Source: Candidatus Yonathbacteria bacterium
GTDB lineage: Bacteria > Patescibacteriota > Minisyncoccia > Phycocordibacterales > UBA1550
Reading direction: 5' to 3'
Assembly (NCBI GenBank): GCA_016215205.1
Contig: JACRKU010000024.1
Location: 4,321-68,320 of the forward strand
Length of the DNA stretch: 64,000 nt
Both the position numbers and the translations under genes were made by a program. The notes beneath the pieces were generated by a model that worked only from the letters and a program-made list of their open reading frames with translations, searched no databases and was not told the DNA's origin. This document shows, piece after piece, positions 17,401 to 27,270 of this stretch; position 1 is the stretch's first letter, and every line of letters starts with the position of its first letter.

Positions 17401-17958
17401 CTACGCTCCCTTCTCAATGAGATCCATGAACGCAACAACTTTTGCTGTGTATGTTGGAACAACCGAATTGTTGTAGTGATGAAGAATCTCCGTGGTAGTT
17501 GCATCCTTGTAGTACTGTTCAGTCTTAGGGTTATTACCGCCAAGGTTCATTGCGACAGTCTCGATAGCGGAATCAAAGTCCTTGAACTTGATTTTGCATG
17601 ACCCCCAACCAAATGGGTTGTTGTTGCAAGCAAACTTACCGCCGGTCGATTCCGCGATAGCAATGGCTGGAAGAAGGCGCCAATCTAGATCATTGTCTAT
17701 GGCTTCTTTCACAAGCTTCGCGCCATAGCCTTCAAGAGGCATATCACGCTTTGCAAAGTAATCATCAATCTTTTTCGCGTGCATTGCATCAGTAGAGGCC
17801 TGCTCGCTTTGCGACATACCATTGGCGTCTATGGCCAAGCCACGAATCAGCTGATTCGAAAACGCAAAGTTAGTATTGAACATCGCGAGCGGGCTTCCGG
17901 CGGTCAAAAATGGAATAAGCATCAAACCGCGCGCGAACTGTATTGTTTGTTTTTTCAT
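17401..17958 (-). CDS. Secreted glucosaminidase/muramidase-domain protein (FlgJ-like)
   Basis: 185 aa; signal peptide; LPAIAIAESTGGKF...NNNPFGWGS fits the glucosaminidase-domain pattern (ESgwG ... NlFG). Confidence 0.5.
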   Translation of the reverse strand: MKKQTIQFARGLMLIPFLTAGSPLAMFNTNFAFSNQLIRGLAIDANGMSQSEQASTDAMHAKKIDDYFAKRDMPLEGYGAKLVKEAIDNDLDWRLLPAIAIAESTGGKFACNNNPFGWGSCKIKFKDFDSAIETVAMNLGGNNPKTEQYYKDATTTEILHHYNNSVVPTYTAKVVAFMDLIEKGA

Positions 17959-18004
17959 ATAGTGGCAATATTTGCTTTGCCGAACGCCATGTCTATTTCG
18001 TCCA

Positions 18005-18035
18005 ACAAAAAAGCACCATTAAAGGTGCATTTGAG
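18005..18035 (-). terminator. Candidate secA terminator
   Basis: On the minus strand, gcacc-tttaat-ggtgc hairpin followed by TTTTTT, about 170 nt downstream of the secA stop. Confidence 0.4.
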
Positions 18036-18202
18036 CCTGACTGAAGGTAAACCAAGCCTATCATATCCAGTCCCAAAAGTCAAGGATTTTTCTTCTGTTT
18101 TGACATAGTTTTTGATGGAAAATTGCCAAAATATCCTTATTTTTCAATAGTTTTTATGCAATGGGCTTTACGCCCTGTCAAACCTGTTTTTTCGTTACTT
18201 TT

Positions 18203-20665
18203 CTACGCCCCGTGGCACTTCTTGTATTTTTTACCTGAACCGCACGGACAAGGGTCGTTGCGCCCAATTTTGTCGGAGCGGATAGGCGCCACAGTAGACG
18301 CCTCATCTTCTCCACCGCCGATTAGAGTAGCGTGTTTCACCACCTCGCGGGCTTTTTCTTCTTCTTTTTTAAATGCGTCGGCGGCAATTGCGGGTACAAG
18401 GCGCAAAATTTCGTTCTGCACATTCTCCTTCATCTCGCGGAAAAGGCGAAGTCCTTCTTTTTTGTATTCCACAAGCGGGTCGCGCTGTCCGTACGCGCGA
18501 AGGTTCACCGATGACTTCAAATATTCCATCGCGTCCAAATGTTCCATCCACATCATATCGACAACCTGGAGAATGAGGCGCTTCACCGCGTGATAAAATT
18601 CTGTCTCGCCGAGTCCGGAAACTTTCTCTCCAATAATTTTCGTAAGTTCTTCGTTGCCCGCTACAATTTCCGTGATATAAGCCTTTGATTCTGGAATGCC
18701 GCCCAAGAGAATCCCGCGACGCATGCCGTACACATACGCGCGCTGTTTGGTCATCACGTCGTCATACGAAAGCACGTGCTTGCGCGAGTCAAAATGAAAT
18801 CCTTCGATTTTTTCCTGCGCGGTCTCAAGCGAACGAGAAATCATTTTGTTTTGAATCGCCTCATCTTCGGGGATACCGAGCCTGCCCATCATATTCTTCA
18901 CGACATCCGATGCAAAGACCCGCATAAGACTGTCTTCCATCGATACAAAAAACTGTGTTTCGCCGGGGTCCCCTTGGCGACCTGCGCGCCCGCGAAGCTG
19001 ATTGTCGATACGGCGCGCTTCGTGGCGTTCGGTACCGAGCACAAAAAGCCCGCCAAGGGATTTGACTTCCTCATACAACTCCGTGGTCGACGGATTTCCG
19101 CCGAGCTTGATGTCCACACCGCGACCCGCCATGTTGGTCGCAATGACCACGCTCCCCTTTCGACCCGCCTGCGCGATAATTTCTCCCTCGCGTTCGTGGT
19201 TCTTTGCATTCAAAACCTCATGCGGAACGCCTTCGCGCTTTAAATACTCCGAGAGAAGCTCGTTCTTTTCAATCGAAACTGTGCCAATGAGCACAGGCTG
19301 ACCTTTTGCGTTAAGCTCCTTCACTTTTCGCGCAATAGCTTTGAACTTTCCATTTTCAGTTTGAAAAATAAGGTCGGTGCGGTCAAGGCGCGACACAGAG
19401 CGATTGGTTGGGATCTGCGTCACCTCAAGTCCGTACACTTTATAGAACTCCTCGCTCGAAGTTTCCGCAGTTCCGGTCATCCCCGAAAGCTTGTCGTAAA
19501 GACGGAAGTAGTTTTGGAATGTGATTGACGCAAATGTCCGCGATTCTTTTTGAATTTTCACCGCCTCTTTTGCCTCTACTGCCTGATGCAAGCCCTCTGA
19601 CCAACGACGCCCCGGCTGAAGGCGCCCCGTAAACTCATCTACAATAATAACCTCATCATCTTTTACGACGTATTCCTTGTCTTTAATAAAAAGCGCCTGT
19701 GCGCGAACAGCGGTCTCCAAATGATGCACATATTTCACCCCGCGTTCAGTGTAAATGTTCTCTACGCCCAAAAGCTCTTCGGCGCGATTGATTCCCTCTT
19801 CGGTAAGCTGAATTGCTTTCAACTTTTCGTCCACTGTATAGTGCTCTGGTGCTTTCAGTTTTCCTGCAATGCCCGCAAAAACGGTGTATAAATTTTCCGC
19901 ATCGCCAGATGGCGCAGAAATGATGAGCGGGGTGCGCGCTTCGTCTATTAAAATGGAGTCAATCTCGTCCACGATTGCGAAATGATAATCGCGCTGTGCT
20001 ATGTCCCCGGTCGTGTACGCGACATTGTCGCGGAGATAATCAAAACCGAATTCGTTATTGGTACCGTATGTAATGTCCGCGCGGTATGCATCCTGTTTTG
20101 AACAAGGACGCATAAATTCGTGAATGACTTTAAATGAACCAAGCATGTCACGCTCAGAATCAAGCTCTTGGTGGTTCGGATCGTAGAGATACGAAGACAT
20201 GTGGTTGAGCACCCCGACAGATAGACCGAGGAAAGAATAAATCTGCCCCATCCATGTTGCATCGCGACGAGAAAGATAATCATTCACCGTCACGACATGC
20301 ACGCCTTTGGAAGAGAGGGCATTTAAATATGCCGGAAGGGTTGCGACAAGAGTTTTTCCTTCTCCGGTCATCATCTCGGCAATTTTCCCCTCGTGGAGCG
20401 CGATTCCGCCGGCAAGCTGAACATCGTAGTGGCGCTGGCCTAGGGTTCGGCGCGACGCTTCACGCACAACCGCAAATGCTTCGGGAAGAATGTCGTCCAA
20501 AGCCGTACCGGAGGTCAAACGTGCGCGAAATTCCTCCGTTTTCGCGCGCAGAGCGTCATCTGAAAGCGTTTTCAGAATAGGTTCAAAATTATTAATTTTC
20601 TTTACCAATGGCGCGTACTTCCGGGCTTCCCCGCCGCCTCCAAAGATGGTTTTTAGAAATGACAT
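18203..20665 (-). CDS. secA: Preprotein translocase ATPase SecA
   Basis: 820 aa; DEAD-like motor motifs (MTGEGKT Walker A, DEID), and C-terminal zinc-binding [14 protein letters not shown]. Confidence 0.95.
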   Translation of the reverse strand: MSFLKTIFGGGGEARKYAPLVKKINNFEPILKTLSDDALRAKTEEFRARLTSGTALDDILPEAFAVVREASRRTLGQRHYDVQLAGGIALHEGKIAEMMTGEGKTLVATLPAYLNALSSKGVHVVTVNDYLSRRDATWMGQIYSFLGLSVGVLNHMSSYLYDPNHQELDSERDMLGSFKVIHEFMRPCSKQDAYRADITYGTNNEFGFDYLRDNVAYTTGDIAQRDYHFAIVDEIDSILIDEARTPLIISAPSGDAENLYTVFAGIAGKLKAPEHYTVDEKLKAIQLTEEGINRAEELLGVENIYTERGVKYVHHLETAVRAQALFIKDKEYVVKDDEVIIVDEFTGRLQPGRRWSEGLHQAVEAKEAVKIQKESRTFASITFQNYFRLYDKLSGMTGTAETSSEEFYKVYGLEVTQIPTNRSVSRLDRTDLIFQTENGKFKAIARKVKELNAKGQPVLIGTVSIEKNELLSEYLKREGVPHEVLNAKNHEREGEIIAQAGRKGSVVIATNMAGRGVDIKLGGNPSTTELYEEVKSLGGLFVLGTERHEARRIDNQLRGRAGRQGDPGETQFFVSMEDSLMRVFASDVVKNMMGRLGIPEDEAIQNKMISRSLETAQEKIEGFHFDSRKHVLSYDDVMTKQRAYVYGMRRGILLGGIPESKAYITEIVAGNEELTKIIGEKVSGLGETEFYHAVKRLILQVVDMMWMEHLDAMEYLKSSVNLRAYGQRDPLVEYKKEGLRLFREMKENVQNEILRLVPAIAADAFKKEEEKAREVVKHATLIGGGEDEASTVAPIRSDKIGRNDPCPCGSGKKYKKCHGA

Positions 20666-20725
20666 TTAAACACTTTAACATAAAACCCCGTTCTGCTGAA
20701 GTAGCCGCTTCTGCGGGCTCAAAAA

Positions 20726-20761
20726 GCAAAATCCCCGCCTAAAACCAGACGGGGATTTTGC
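20726..20761 (-). terminator. Intrinsic terminator or attenuator hairpin in the secA leader (minus strand)
   Basis: gcaaaatccccg...cggggattttgc stem, followed on the minus strand by TTTTGCTTTTTGAG. It lies immediately downstream of a 22-codon K/A-rich ORF and about 60 nt upstream of the secA ATG. Confidence 0.5.
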
Positions 20762-21203
20762 GAAAGCGTGGTTACGCGCGCTTTGCAGAGCGCTTCTTTG
20801 ACTTTTTTGCTGCTTTCTTAGCCTTTTTCTTTGCTGCCATGTTTTTGTATGCTGTCTCGAGATGCATTGCTATATCTCAAAACGATGTATGCAAATTATT
20901 ATCTACAATAATGTTCGACCCGAGGTATAAATTATTTTCTAAACCTCGCGTATAATTATTGGATCATTTTTTGTGTGGAATTTCATCCACACTCTGTACT
21001 GTGATCTACTATTATTATCCCGCATACAAAAATCAAACACAATACGTTTTGAAATTAAACTGTGGATAACTCGCATGCACAGATTTTTTTCAAAAAATCT
21101 GTGCATGCGTCAAAAGTTGAAAGTCACAAGTAAAAAGTAAATGCAAAATGCATTCACTTTCAACTTCGAATCAACTGATTTCGTGGCTCGGCCATAAACA
21201 CTT

Positions 21204-22214
21204 TTAACTTTTTACTAGTATCACTTCTTCTTCAAGCAATACTCCTGTTTTTTCTTTTATGTCGCTCTTCATTTCATCTGTGAGCGACAATATTTCTTCC
21301 GCAGTCGCAGTGCCATAGTTTACTAAAATGAGTGCGTTTTTTTCATGCACGCCCGCGCCCTGTCGACGTACGCCGCGCCACTTTCCAGCATGGTCAAGGA
21401 GCCATCCAGCCGAAAGCTTTACGCTATTATCTGCTTGTAAATAGCCCTTAATCTCAGGAAGCTCGTTTTTTAGCGCTTCGTATTCTGGAACAGAAACAAC
21501 TGGATTTTTGAAAAATGAACCTGCGGTGCCAATGCCGGGTGCAGGCATTTTCCATGTGCGAATAGCGACAATCGCTTCACGAATTTCTCCAAGCGCGGGC
21601 GACTTAATCCCGCGTTCCGCAAAATAATTTTTTACATCTTCGTAGTCCGCGCGCGGAGTACCGTTCTGCGCGAGCTCAAATGTAACGCGCGTAACGACAA
21701 GATTTTTATTTTTTTTGAAAATACTTTCGCGGTAGCCAAATTCACATTCCGCTCGCAAAAATATTTTTGTTTGCGTCGTTTTCATATCAAATGCTTCTAC
21801 AGAGAAAATTGTGTCGCATGCCTCCACTCCGTACGCGCCAATATTTTGTACCGCCGCGCCGCCGACTGTCCCGGGAATAAGCGACAGATTTTCGATCCCA
21901 CACAAATTGTGCGCCACAACATCGCTCACAACTTCATCCCACACAACGCCCGCGCCCGCGGTAATATGATTATTTTTATAAGTGATTCCCTTGAATTCTA
22001 TCTTTATGACTAGTCCAAAAAATCCAGCTCCCGAAACAAGCGTGTTTGAGCCGCCGCCAAGTATGAATATTGGCAGGTTTTTTGAACGAGCAAAAAACAC
22101 CGCTTCGGAAAGCTCGTCGACCGTTCCGACACGCGCGAAGAAGCGCGCATTTCCGCCGACTCGCATCGTGGTAAATGGCGCTAGCAACACTTGTTCTTTA
22201 ACTTGAATACCCAT
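21204..22214 (-). CDS. murB: UDP-N-acetylenolpyruvoylglucosamine reductase
   Basis: 336 aa; FAD-binding PCMH domain (LAPFTTMRVGG, ILGGGSN), MurB C-terminal domain. Confidence 0.9.
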   Translation of the reverse strand: MGIQVKEQVLLAPFTTMRVGGNARFFARVGTVDELSEAVFFARSKNLPIFILGGGSNTLVSGAGFFGLVIKIEFKGITYKNNHITAGAGVVWDEVVSDVVAHNLCGIENLSLIPGTVGGAAVQNIGAYGVEACDTIFSVEAFDMKTTQTKIFLRAECEFGYRESIFKKNKNLVVTRVTFELAQNGTPRADYEDVKNYFAERGIKSPALGEIREAIVAIRTWKMPAPGIGTAGSFFKNPVVSVPEYEALKNELPEIKGYLQADNSVKLSAGWLLDHAGKWRGVRRQGAGVHEKNALILVNYGTATAEEILSLTDEMKSDIKEKTGVLLEEEVILVKS

Positions 22215-22462
22215 AAATAACTATACCACAAGAAAATCCAGAGAACCTCTGGGTTTTCTTTTCCTGTACTCTTATGGCCAGCGTGGGCGAGCTCCAAAAC
22301 AAATGTCTATGAGTGCAGACGCTAGCCATAGGAACACACGAACTATCTTAGTGCATGGAAAGTAGAATGTCGGAGCCGGAGTCTAGTCGGAACCAAACTC
22401 ACCATTCCATGCATGCCACATATTGTAAGCGATTTAGCTTTGAGGTGCAATCAAAAAACATA

Positions 22463-22486
22463 AAACCCCGCTTGCGCGGGGTTTTA
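22463..22486. terminator. Intrinsic terminator downstream of metalloprotease-like gene
   Basis: aaaaccccgc-ttgc-gcggggtttt; on the minus strand followed by TTTTATGTTTTTT. Confidence 0.6.
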
Positions 22487-22588
22487 TGTAGACATTCGTT
22501 TGTTTTGGAAGTACCTAGAGGTTTCCCTCACTGCACTCATACAAACATACTAGCAGAAACAAGAAAAAAGTCGAGCAGGCCCCTACGG

Positions 22589-23395
22589 TTAGTCCGCCCA
22601 GATTACGAAAGTAAAGACTTTCTGGCCATTTCCAAGATTGCGCTCATGGAGAGAGCTCCGCCCGTCATTAGATTTTCGTATCACCTTTCCCCATTCCGAT
22701 GGATTTTCAGTATCAATATCAGAAACACGAGCAGGAGCCACGCCGGATATTTTGTTCAGAAGCGTCGTAATACTGTCGAAGTGCGCATAAATAGTATCAA
22801 GCATATCGTAATCGTGCGTGTTCGGGCGCTCGTTGCTTGGCTGATTATAGAGGACTCCGCTCGGATCATTCGTATAATCCATACATGTGCCGAGATTTAT
22901 GTTGGTGAATATCTCATCTTGATGGTCAAGACCGAAAGTATGCCCGACTTCTTGACACATAACGAACTGTCTCCACGCGGTGGTATTATATTTTGCGGTA
23001 TTAAAGTATGTGTCGTTCAACTTTACTGTGCCCTGCGTAATATGACCGCCACTTGCCCATATGGAAGCAATCCCCAACCAGCCGTTGTTACCGTATGTTT
23101 TGTTGCAAACTTCCACACGACCGTTTGTCGGACGGCAATTTTTTTTACTCTGCCCAGGCACGATATTGGTATCGAGAACCGAAGAAATGCTCCAATCGTA
23201 TGAAGTTGCGACAAGGCGAGTGTCCCATATCGCTCCAACATTATCTCCAAGTTTCAAGGTAAACGGGTTTGCGGTACGCGCCCAGTGGTAACCGCCCCAC
23301 GAATGACTCGCTGACGCGACTGTCGCGAACGCGGAAACTGACAATACTACGGCCACAACTCCGATAAACGCCTTAATGCGATATTGTTTGTTCAT
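22589..23395 (-). CDS. Secreted putative zinc metallopeptidase with variant metzincin-like motif
   Basis: 268 aa; signal peptide; motif CQEVGHTFGLDH resembles HExxHxxGxxH with Gln in place of the first His (a Cys immediately precedes); the downstream Met-turn region is not resolved. Confidence 0.5.
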   Translation of the reverse strand: MNKQYRIKAFIGVVAVVLSVSAFATVASASHSWGGYHWARTANPFTLKLGDNVGAIWDTRLVATSYDWSISSVLDTNIVPGQSKKNCRPTNGRVEVCNKTYGNNGWLGIASIWASGGHITQGTVKLNDTYFNTAKYNTTAWRQFVMCQEVGHTFGLDHQDEIFTNINLGTCMDYTNDPSGVLYNQPSNERPNTHDYDMLDTIYAHFDSITTLLNKISGVAPARVSDIDTENPSEWGKVIRKSNDGRSSLHERNLGNGQKVFTFVIWAD

Positions 23396-23445
23396 ACTTG
23401 CATTGTATACCCCTATTTTAAAATTACAATGTCCTTGGTTTTTTA

Positions 23446-25413
23446 CTACAGGCTTACATTTGGAATAGGATGTGCTTTCAAGATTTTTTCCGCTTCGGCT
23501 CTTTTCCCGTTCACCATCAAAATCTGCAAATAATACTTCTCGGCAGTCTCAAACTCTGGTGCGAGTTCAAATGCGCGCTTAAATATTTCCTCAGTTTTTA
23601 CTGTGTCCTTCTTGCCGTAATACGCGCTTCCAAGCTCAAATAAAATTGTTTGCTTTGTTGGTGAAAGTTCCAATGCCTTGGTTAAATAAGTGATTCCCTT
23701 ATCTATCTCCCCTGTTTTTGCTAGGAAAGAGCCGGCGAAAAGTTGATGACGCGCGTCGCGCGGAAGCTCTGTGACCTGTTTCTCAATCTCGCTTCCGGCA
23801 AGAGCGAGAAATTGTTTCTGCATGTCCGATATTCCTTTCGATTGGTCGAAAGCGTTCATTGAAAAAGATGCGAGCTGTTCGCGAATCTCTGCTGTTCCAA
23901 ACGAATTATACCCGATAGCATCTTTGAAAAGACCTAGATTATACGACGCTCCTATTTCTGATCGCTCCGATAGTGCGCGAATAAGCGTCGTGTTTTGCAT
24001 ATAGCCGTTGTAGTTTACTGTATAGATGAGCACAAGCGCGAGAATAACTGCGCCACCAGAAACTATGAACGTTAAGTCTTCCTCTTCGGCCCCTGCTTTG
24101 AGTTTGCCCTGTGGTTTTTTGCTTTCGATTTCTCTATGACTCATGCTTTCAATATACGCAAGAATTGTCCCAAAGTAGATAAGTGAAGAGATATTATCAA
24201 ACACAAAAAGATTTTGGAAAAAGTATCCGCCGAGGAGGCCCGTGAACACACTTTTCTCCACAATAGACAATTCGTCTGCTCGACGCCAGATACAATATAT
24301 AGCGCATCCAAAAAGCGACAAGTATCCGAAAAGTCCGAGTGCGCCGCCGGCAATAAGCCAATCAAAAAATACATTGTGCGCGCGGTCAAACCACTGCTCC
24401 TGACCCCACATGTTCGGGTCGTAGTATTTATTGAAAACATAATTGAAATTATCCATTCCCCATCCAAGGATTGGGCGTTCTTTGAATCCTTCAATTGCCA
24501 TGCCCCAAACCATAAGGCGCGCCTTACCTGTTCCCTCGCTTGGAGATATAGCTGCGAGGCGCGACAGAACTGGGCTATTCTGTATGAAAGATGCATCACG
24601 AAGAGCAACAAACCCTCCAACAAAGATTACAATTGCGAGCAAAACACCAATCGCGCCTTTCTGGACAGCTTTGTTGTTTCTCTCAAAAATAGCAACAAGA
24701 AACGTTGCGAGGCCAAGTCCCGCAAGAAGCCCGAGCGTTGCTCCACGCGTCCCAGCGTGGTAAAGCACAAATGTTTGAATGAGAATAATTGCGCCGTATA
24801 TTGCCACACGCGCTCTTTCGCCTGCTGTTGTAAAACTTTGGCGAACAATAAAAAATCCTGCTAAAAAAATATTAAAGAGCGCGTAGGTGCTCAAATACTC
24901 CGCATTGCCGAGAGTACCATTGATACGGATGCCGTCTTGCACGACTTCAAGCGCCCCCGCCCATTGCATGACACCGTAAAGAGCCATGATGACCCCGACG
25001 CCGAGATTAAAGTTTAAATATGGCCGCCAAAAACCGCGCGCGGTGAGCACCGTAGTCGCGACGATAAAGTACGCAAAAAGATGAAAATATGTTACCACTC
25101 CCTCCATTCGCTCAAAGTTGGACCAGAAACTCTTTGCGGGATTTTCGCCAAAGATTGCCGCCATAGTAATAATGCTGATAAATGCGGCAAAAACGCCGAG
25201 GAGATAGCTTTTCTTTGGTCGGTACGTCGGGTCGATAAATGCGAGGACAAGCCACGCAGAAAACATTATTTCAACAACGATACGGAATGCGAAGTTCTTC
25301 CCGACAATAAAAGGGAAAAACGTTGTATCGCCAAGTATGATAAACGGAATAAAAGGCACCGCGAGGAAACCCGCCAAAACCACCGCATTCGCCAAAATTT
25401 TATGTATGTTCAT
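23446..25413 (-). CDS. O-antigen ligase/Wzy-like polytopic membrane protein with C-terminal TPR repeats
   Basis: Start moved to the ATG (MNIHKIL...). About 10 TM helices in the Wzy_C/O-antigen ligase arrangement, then a C-terminal domain of about 250 aa with TPR-like repeats (AYYGKKDTVKTEEIFKRAFEL...). Confidence 0.75.
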   Translation of the reverse strand: MNIHKILANAVVLAGFLAVPFIPFIILGDTTFFPFIVGKNFAFRIVVEIMFSAWLVLAFIDPTYRPKKSYLLGVFAAFISIITMAAIFGENPAKSFWSNFERMEGVVTYFHLFAYFIVATTVLTARGFWRPYLNFNLGVGVIMALYGVMQWAGALEVVQDGIRINGTLGNAEYLSTYALFNIFLAGFFIVRQSFTTAGERARVAIYGAIILIQTFVLYHAGTRGATLGLLAGLGLATFLVAIFERNNKAVQKGAIGVLLAIVIFVGGFVALRDASFIQNSPVLSRLAAISPSEGTGKARLMVWGMAIEGFKERPILGWGMDNFNYVFNKYYDPNMWGQEQWFDRAHNVFFDWLIAGGALGLFGYLSLFGCAIYCIWRRADELSIVEKSVFTGLLGGYFFQNLFVFDNISSLIYFGTILAYIESMSHREIESKKPQGKLKAGAEEEDLTFIVSGGAVILALVLIYTVNYNGYMQNTTLIRALSERSEIGASYNLGLFKDAIGYNSFGTAEIREQLASFSMNAFDQSKGISDMQKQFLALAGSEIEKQVTELPRDARHQLFAGSFLAKTGEIDKGITYLTKALELSPTKQTILFELGSAYYGKKDTVKTEEIFKRAFELAPEFETAEKYYLQILMVNGKRAEAEKILKAHPIPNVSL

Positions 25414-25444
25414 TGTCTCCAACTATATCATAAAAAATCAAAAA

Positions 25445-26113
25445 CTACTCGCTATGCCGTTTCAAGAGCCACGAGCTCGATTGCACCTTCCCTCCACCGA
25501 CATTAAAGACCATCTCAACACCGAGCTCTTTGCAAATTTTCGCCTCTGGAATATCCGCTTCTGCTTTGCGGTCTCCGCCATTCGCAAACACATTAGGACG
25601 AATTCTTTCAATGGCTTCTCCAACATCATTACGGTCGCTCTCAAGAATAAACACGTCATCGACACAGCTGAAACCGCGAACGATTCCTGCGCGTTCTTCT
25701 TGATTCATAAAATTTTTGCCCTTTTTGCGAATGAGCCATTTATCTGAGTTGAGCACCACAACCAATTTATCGCCGAGCTTTTTTGCTTCCTCAAACATTT
25801 GCAAATGACCGACATGGACAGGGTCGAAACCGCCGCTTACCATCACCACGCGCTTTGCGGTCTCACGACCATAATCATCTTCGTAGCGAATGATATCATT
25901 TTCATCCGGCTCTCCGTGTATAAACTCAAAATACACGCCGGGCAAGAGCCGATGTTTTTGCATCGGGTCAACTCGGTAAAACCCAAAGTGCCATTCGGTG
26001 CGCCGGCTATGGGACTGCAAACTCGTACGTCCGCGCACTAAAATAAACTTAAGCCAAGAATGCTTGGTGCTAAAAACCTTCCACATTGTCCCCCATGGTC
26101 GTACGATTTTCAT
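25445..26113 (-). CDS. Fusion protein: PMI-type cupin domain + RfaE-domain-II-like nucleotidyltransferase (HxGH cytidylyl/adenylyltransferase)
   Basis: N-terminus RPWGTMWKV...SLQSHSRRTEWHF is a mannose-6-P-isomerase-type cupin. The C-terminal GGFDPVHVGHLQMFEEAKKLGDKLVVVLNSD closely follows the RfaE/HldE adenylyltransferase domain II and TagD-type HxGH nucleotidyltransferases. Confidence 0.65.
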   Translation of the reverse strand: MKIVRPWGTMWKVFSTKHSWLKFILVRGRTSLQSHSRRTEWHFGFYRVDPMQKHRLLPGVYFEFIHGEPDENDIIRYEDDYGRETAKRVVMVSGGFDPVHVGHLQMFEEAKKLGDKLVVVLNSDKWLIRKKGKNFMNQEERAGIVRGFSCVDDVFILESDRNDVGEAIERIRPNVFANGGDRKAEADIPEAKICKELGVEMVFNVGGGKVQSSSWLLKRHSE

Positions 26114-26186
26114 GTAAAATACTGTAGCATAAAGAATCCCGCCAAGCTACTCAACGAAACCAAAATAGTGTACTATGCTCGTATAT

Positions 26187-27269
26187 ATGAAAAAAGCGCT
26201 TATCACCGGCATCACGGGGCAGGACGGTTCATACCTCGCTGAGCTCCTTATCGAAAAAGGGTACGAGGTGCACGGCATCATACGCCGCGCAAGCAGTTTC
26301 AACACGGGAAGAATCGACCACATCTACCAAGACCCGCACGACAAGGGCAAGAGACTATTCCTTCATTATGGCGACCTCACCGACTCCACAAACTTGATAA
26401 GAATAATCAAAGATGTTCAACCTGATGAAATTTACAACCTTGCGGCGCAAAGCCATGTAAAAGTATCTTTTGAGACTCCTGAATATACGGGAAACTCTGA
26501 TGCGCTTGGCACACTTCGAATACTTGAAGCAATTCGCCTACTTGGTCTAGATAAAAAAACAAAATACTATCAGGCATCAACCTCAGAAATGTTTGGGTCG
26601 ACTCCCCCGCCACAGAGTGAAGGTACGGCCTTTTATCCGCGCAGTCCCTACGGAGCGGCAAAACTCTACGCCCACTTTATAACCATAAACTACAGAGAGG
26701 CGTATGGCATCTTTGCGGTGTCGGGAATACTTTTCAATCATGAATCACCTCGCCGCGGCGAAACATTCGTCACAAAAAAAATTACACGCGCGGCCGCAAG
26801 AATAAAATTGGGACTTCAAGAAAAACTATTTTTGGGGAACCTCAACGCAAAACGAGACTGGGGGCACGCCAAAGATTATGTCAAAGCGATGTATCTGATG
26901 CTTCAACAACCCGCGCCAAAAGACTACGTCATAGCAACAGGTACACAATATTCCGTAAGAGAATTCTGTGAAGCTGTTTTTAAAGAACTGGACATAACAA
27001 TCATCTGGCAAGGAAAAGGTATCGACGAAAAAGGCATTGACAAAAAAACCGGAAAAACAATTATTGAAATTGACCCGCGCTATTTCCGCCCCGCAGAAGT
27101 CGAGTCACTGCTTGGCGACCCGACCAAAGCAAAAAATGAACTGGGATGGGGGGCCGAGATAAGTTTCGCGGAGCTGGTCAAAGAAATGGTCGCGACTGAC
27201 CTCGAAGAAGCGCAGATGGATGTCCACATGGAAAAGGGAGGTTTTATAACCAAAAAGCATCACGAATAA
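26187..27269 (+). CDS. gmd: GDP-mannose 4,6-dehydratase
   Basis: Start at the ATG giving [31 protein letters not shown], nearly identical in pattern to the E. coli Gmd N-terminus; SEMFG, YGAAK (YxxxK), NHESPRRG blocks. Confidence 0.9.
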   Translation: MKKALITGITGQDGSYLAELLIEKGYEVHGIIRRASSFNTGRIDHIYQDPHDKGKRLFLHYGDLTDSTNLIRIIKDVQPDEIYNLAAQSHVKVSFETPEYTGNSDALGTLRILEAIRLLGLDKKTKYYQASTSEMFGSTPPPQSEGTAFYPRSPYGAAKLYAHFITINYREAYGIFAVSGILFNHESPRRGETFVTKKITRAAARIKLGLQEKLFLGNLNAKRDWGHAKDYVKAMYLMLQQPAPKDYVIATGTQYSVREFCEAVFKELDITIIWQGKGIDEKGIDKKTGKTIIEIDPRYFRPAEVESLLGDPTKAKNELGWGAEISFAELVKEMVATDLEEAQMDVHMEKGGFITKKHHE

Positions 27270-27270
27270 T

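Noticed and set aside
20758-20955. 65-aa plus-strand ORF in the secA leader region
   Set aside because: It is antisense to the more plausible minus-strand mini-ORF plus terminator. The sequence is a phenylalanine/alanine-rich low-complexity string and has no RBS.
22215-22455. Housekeeping ncRNA (RNase P, SRP/4.5S, tmRNA, 6S) in the murB upstream gap
   Set aside because: The conserved RNase P P4 strands (GGAAAGUCCGG / ACAGAACCCGGCUUA), the SRP helix-8 AGGUCCGGAAGGAAGCAGC and the tmRNA tRNA-like 3' end were all searched by eye on both strands and not found.
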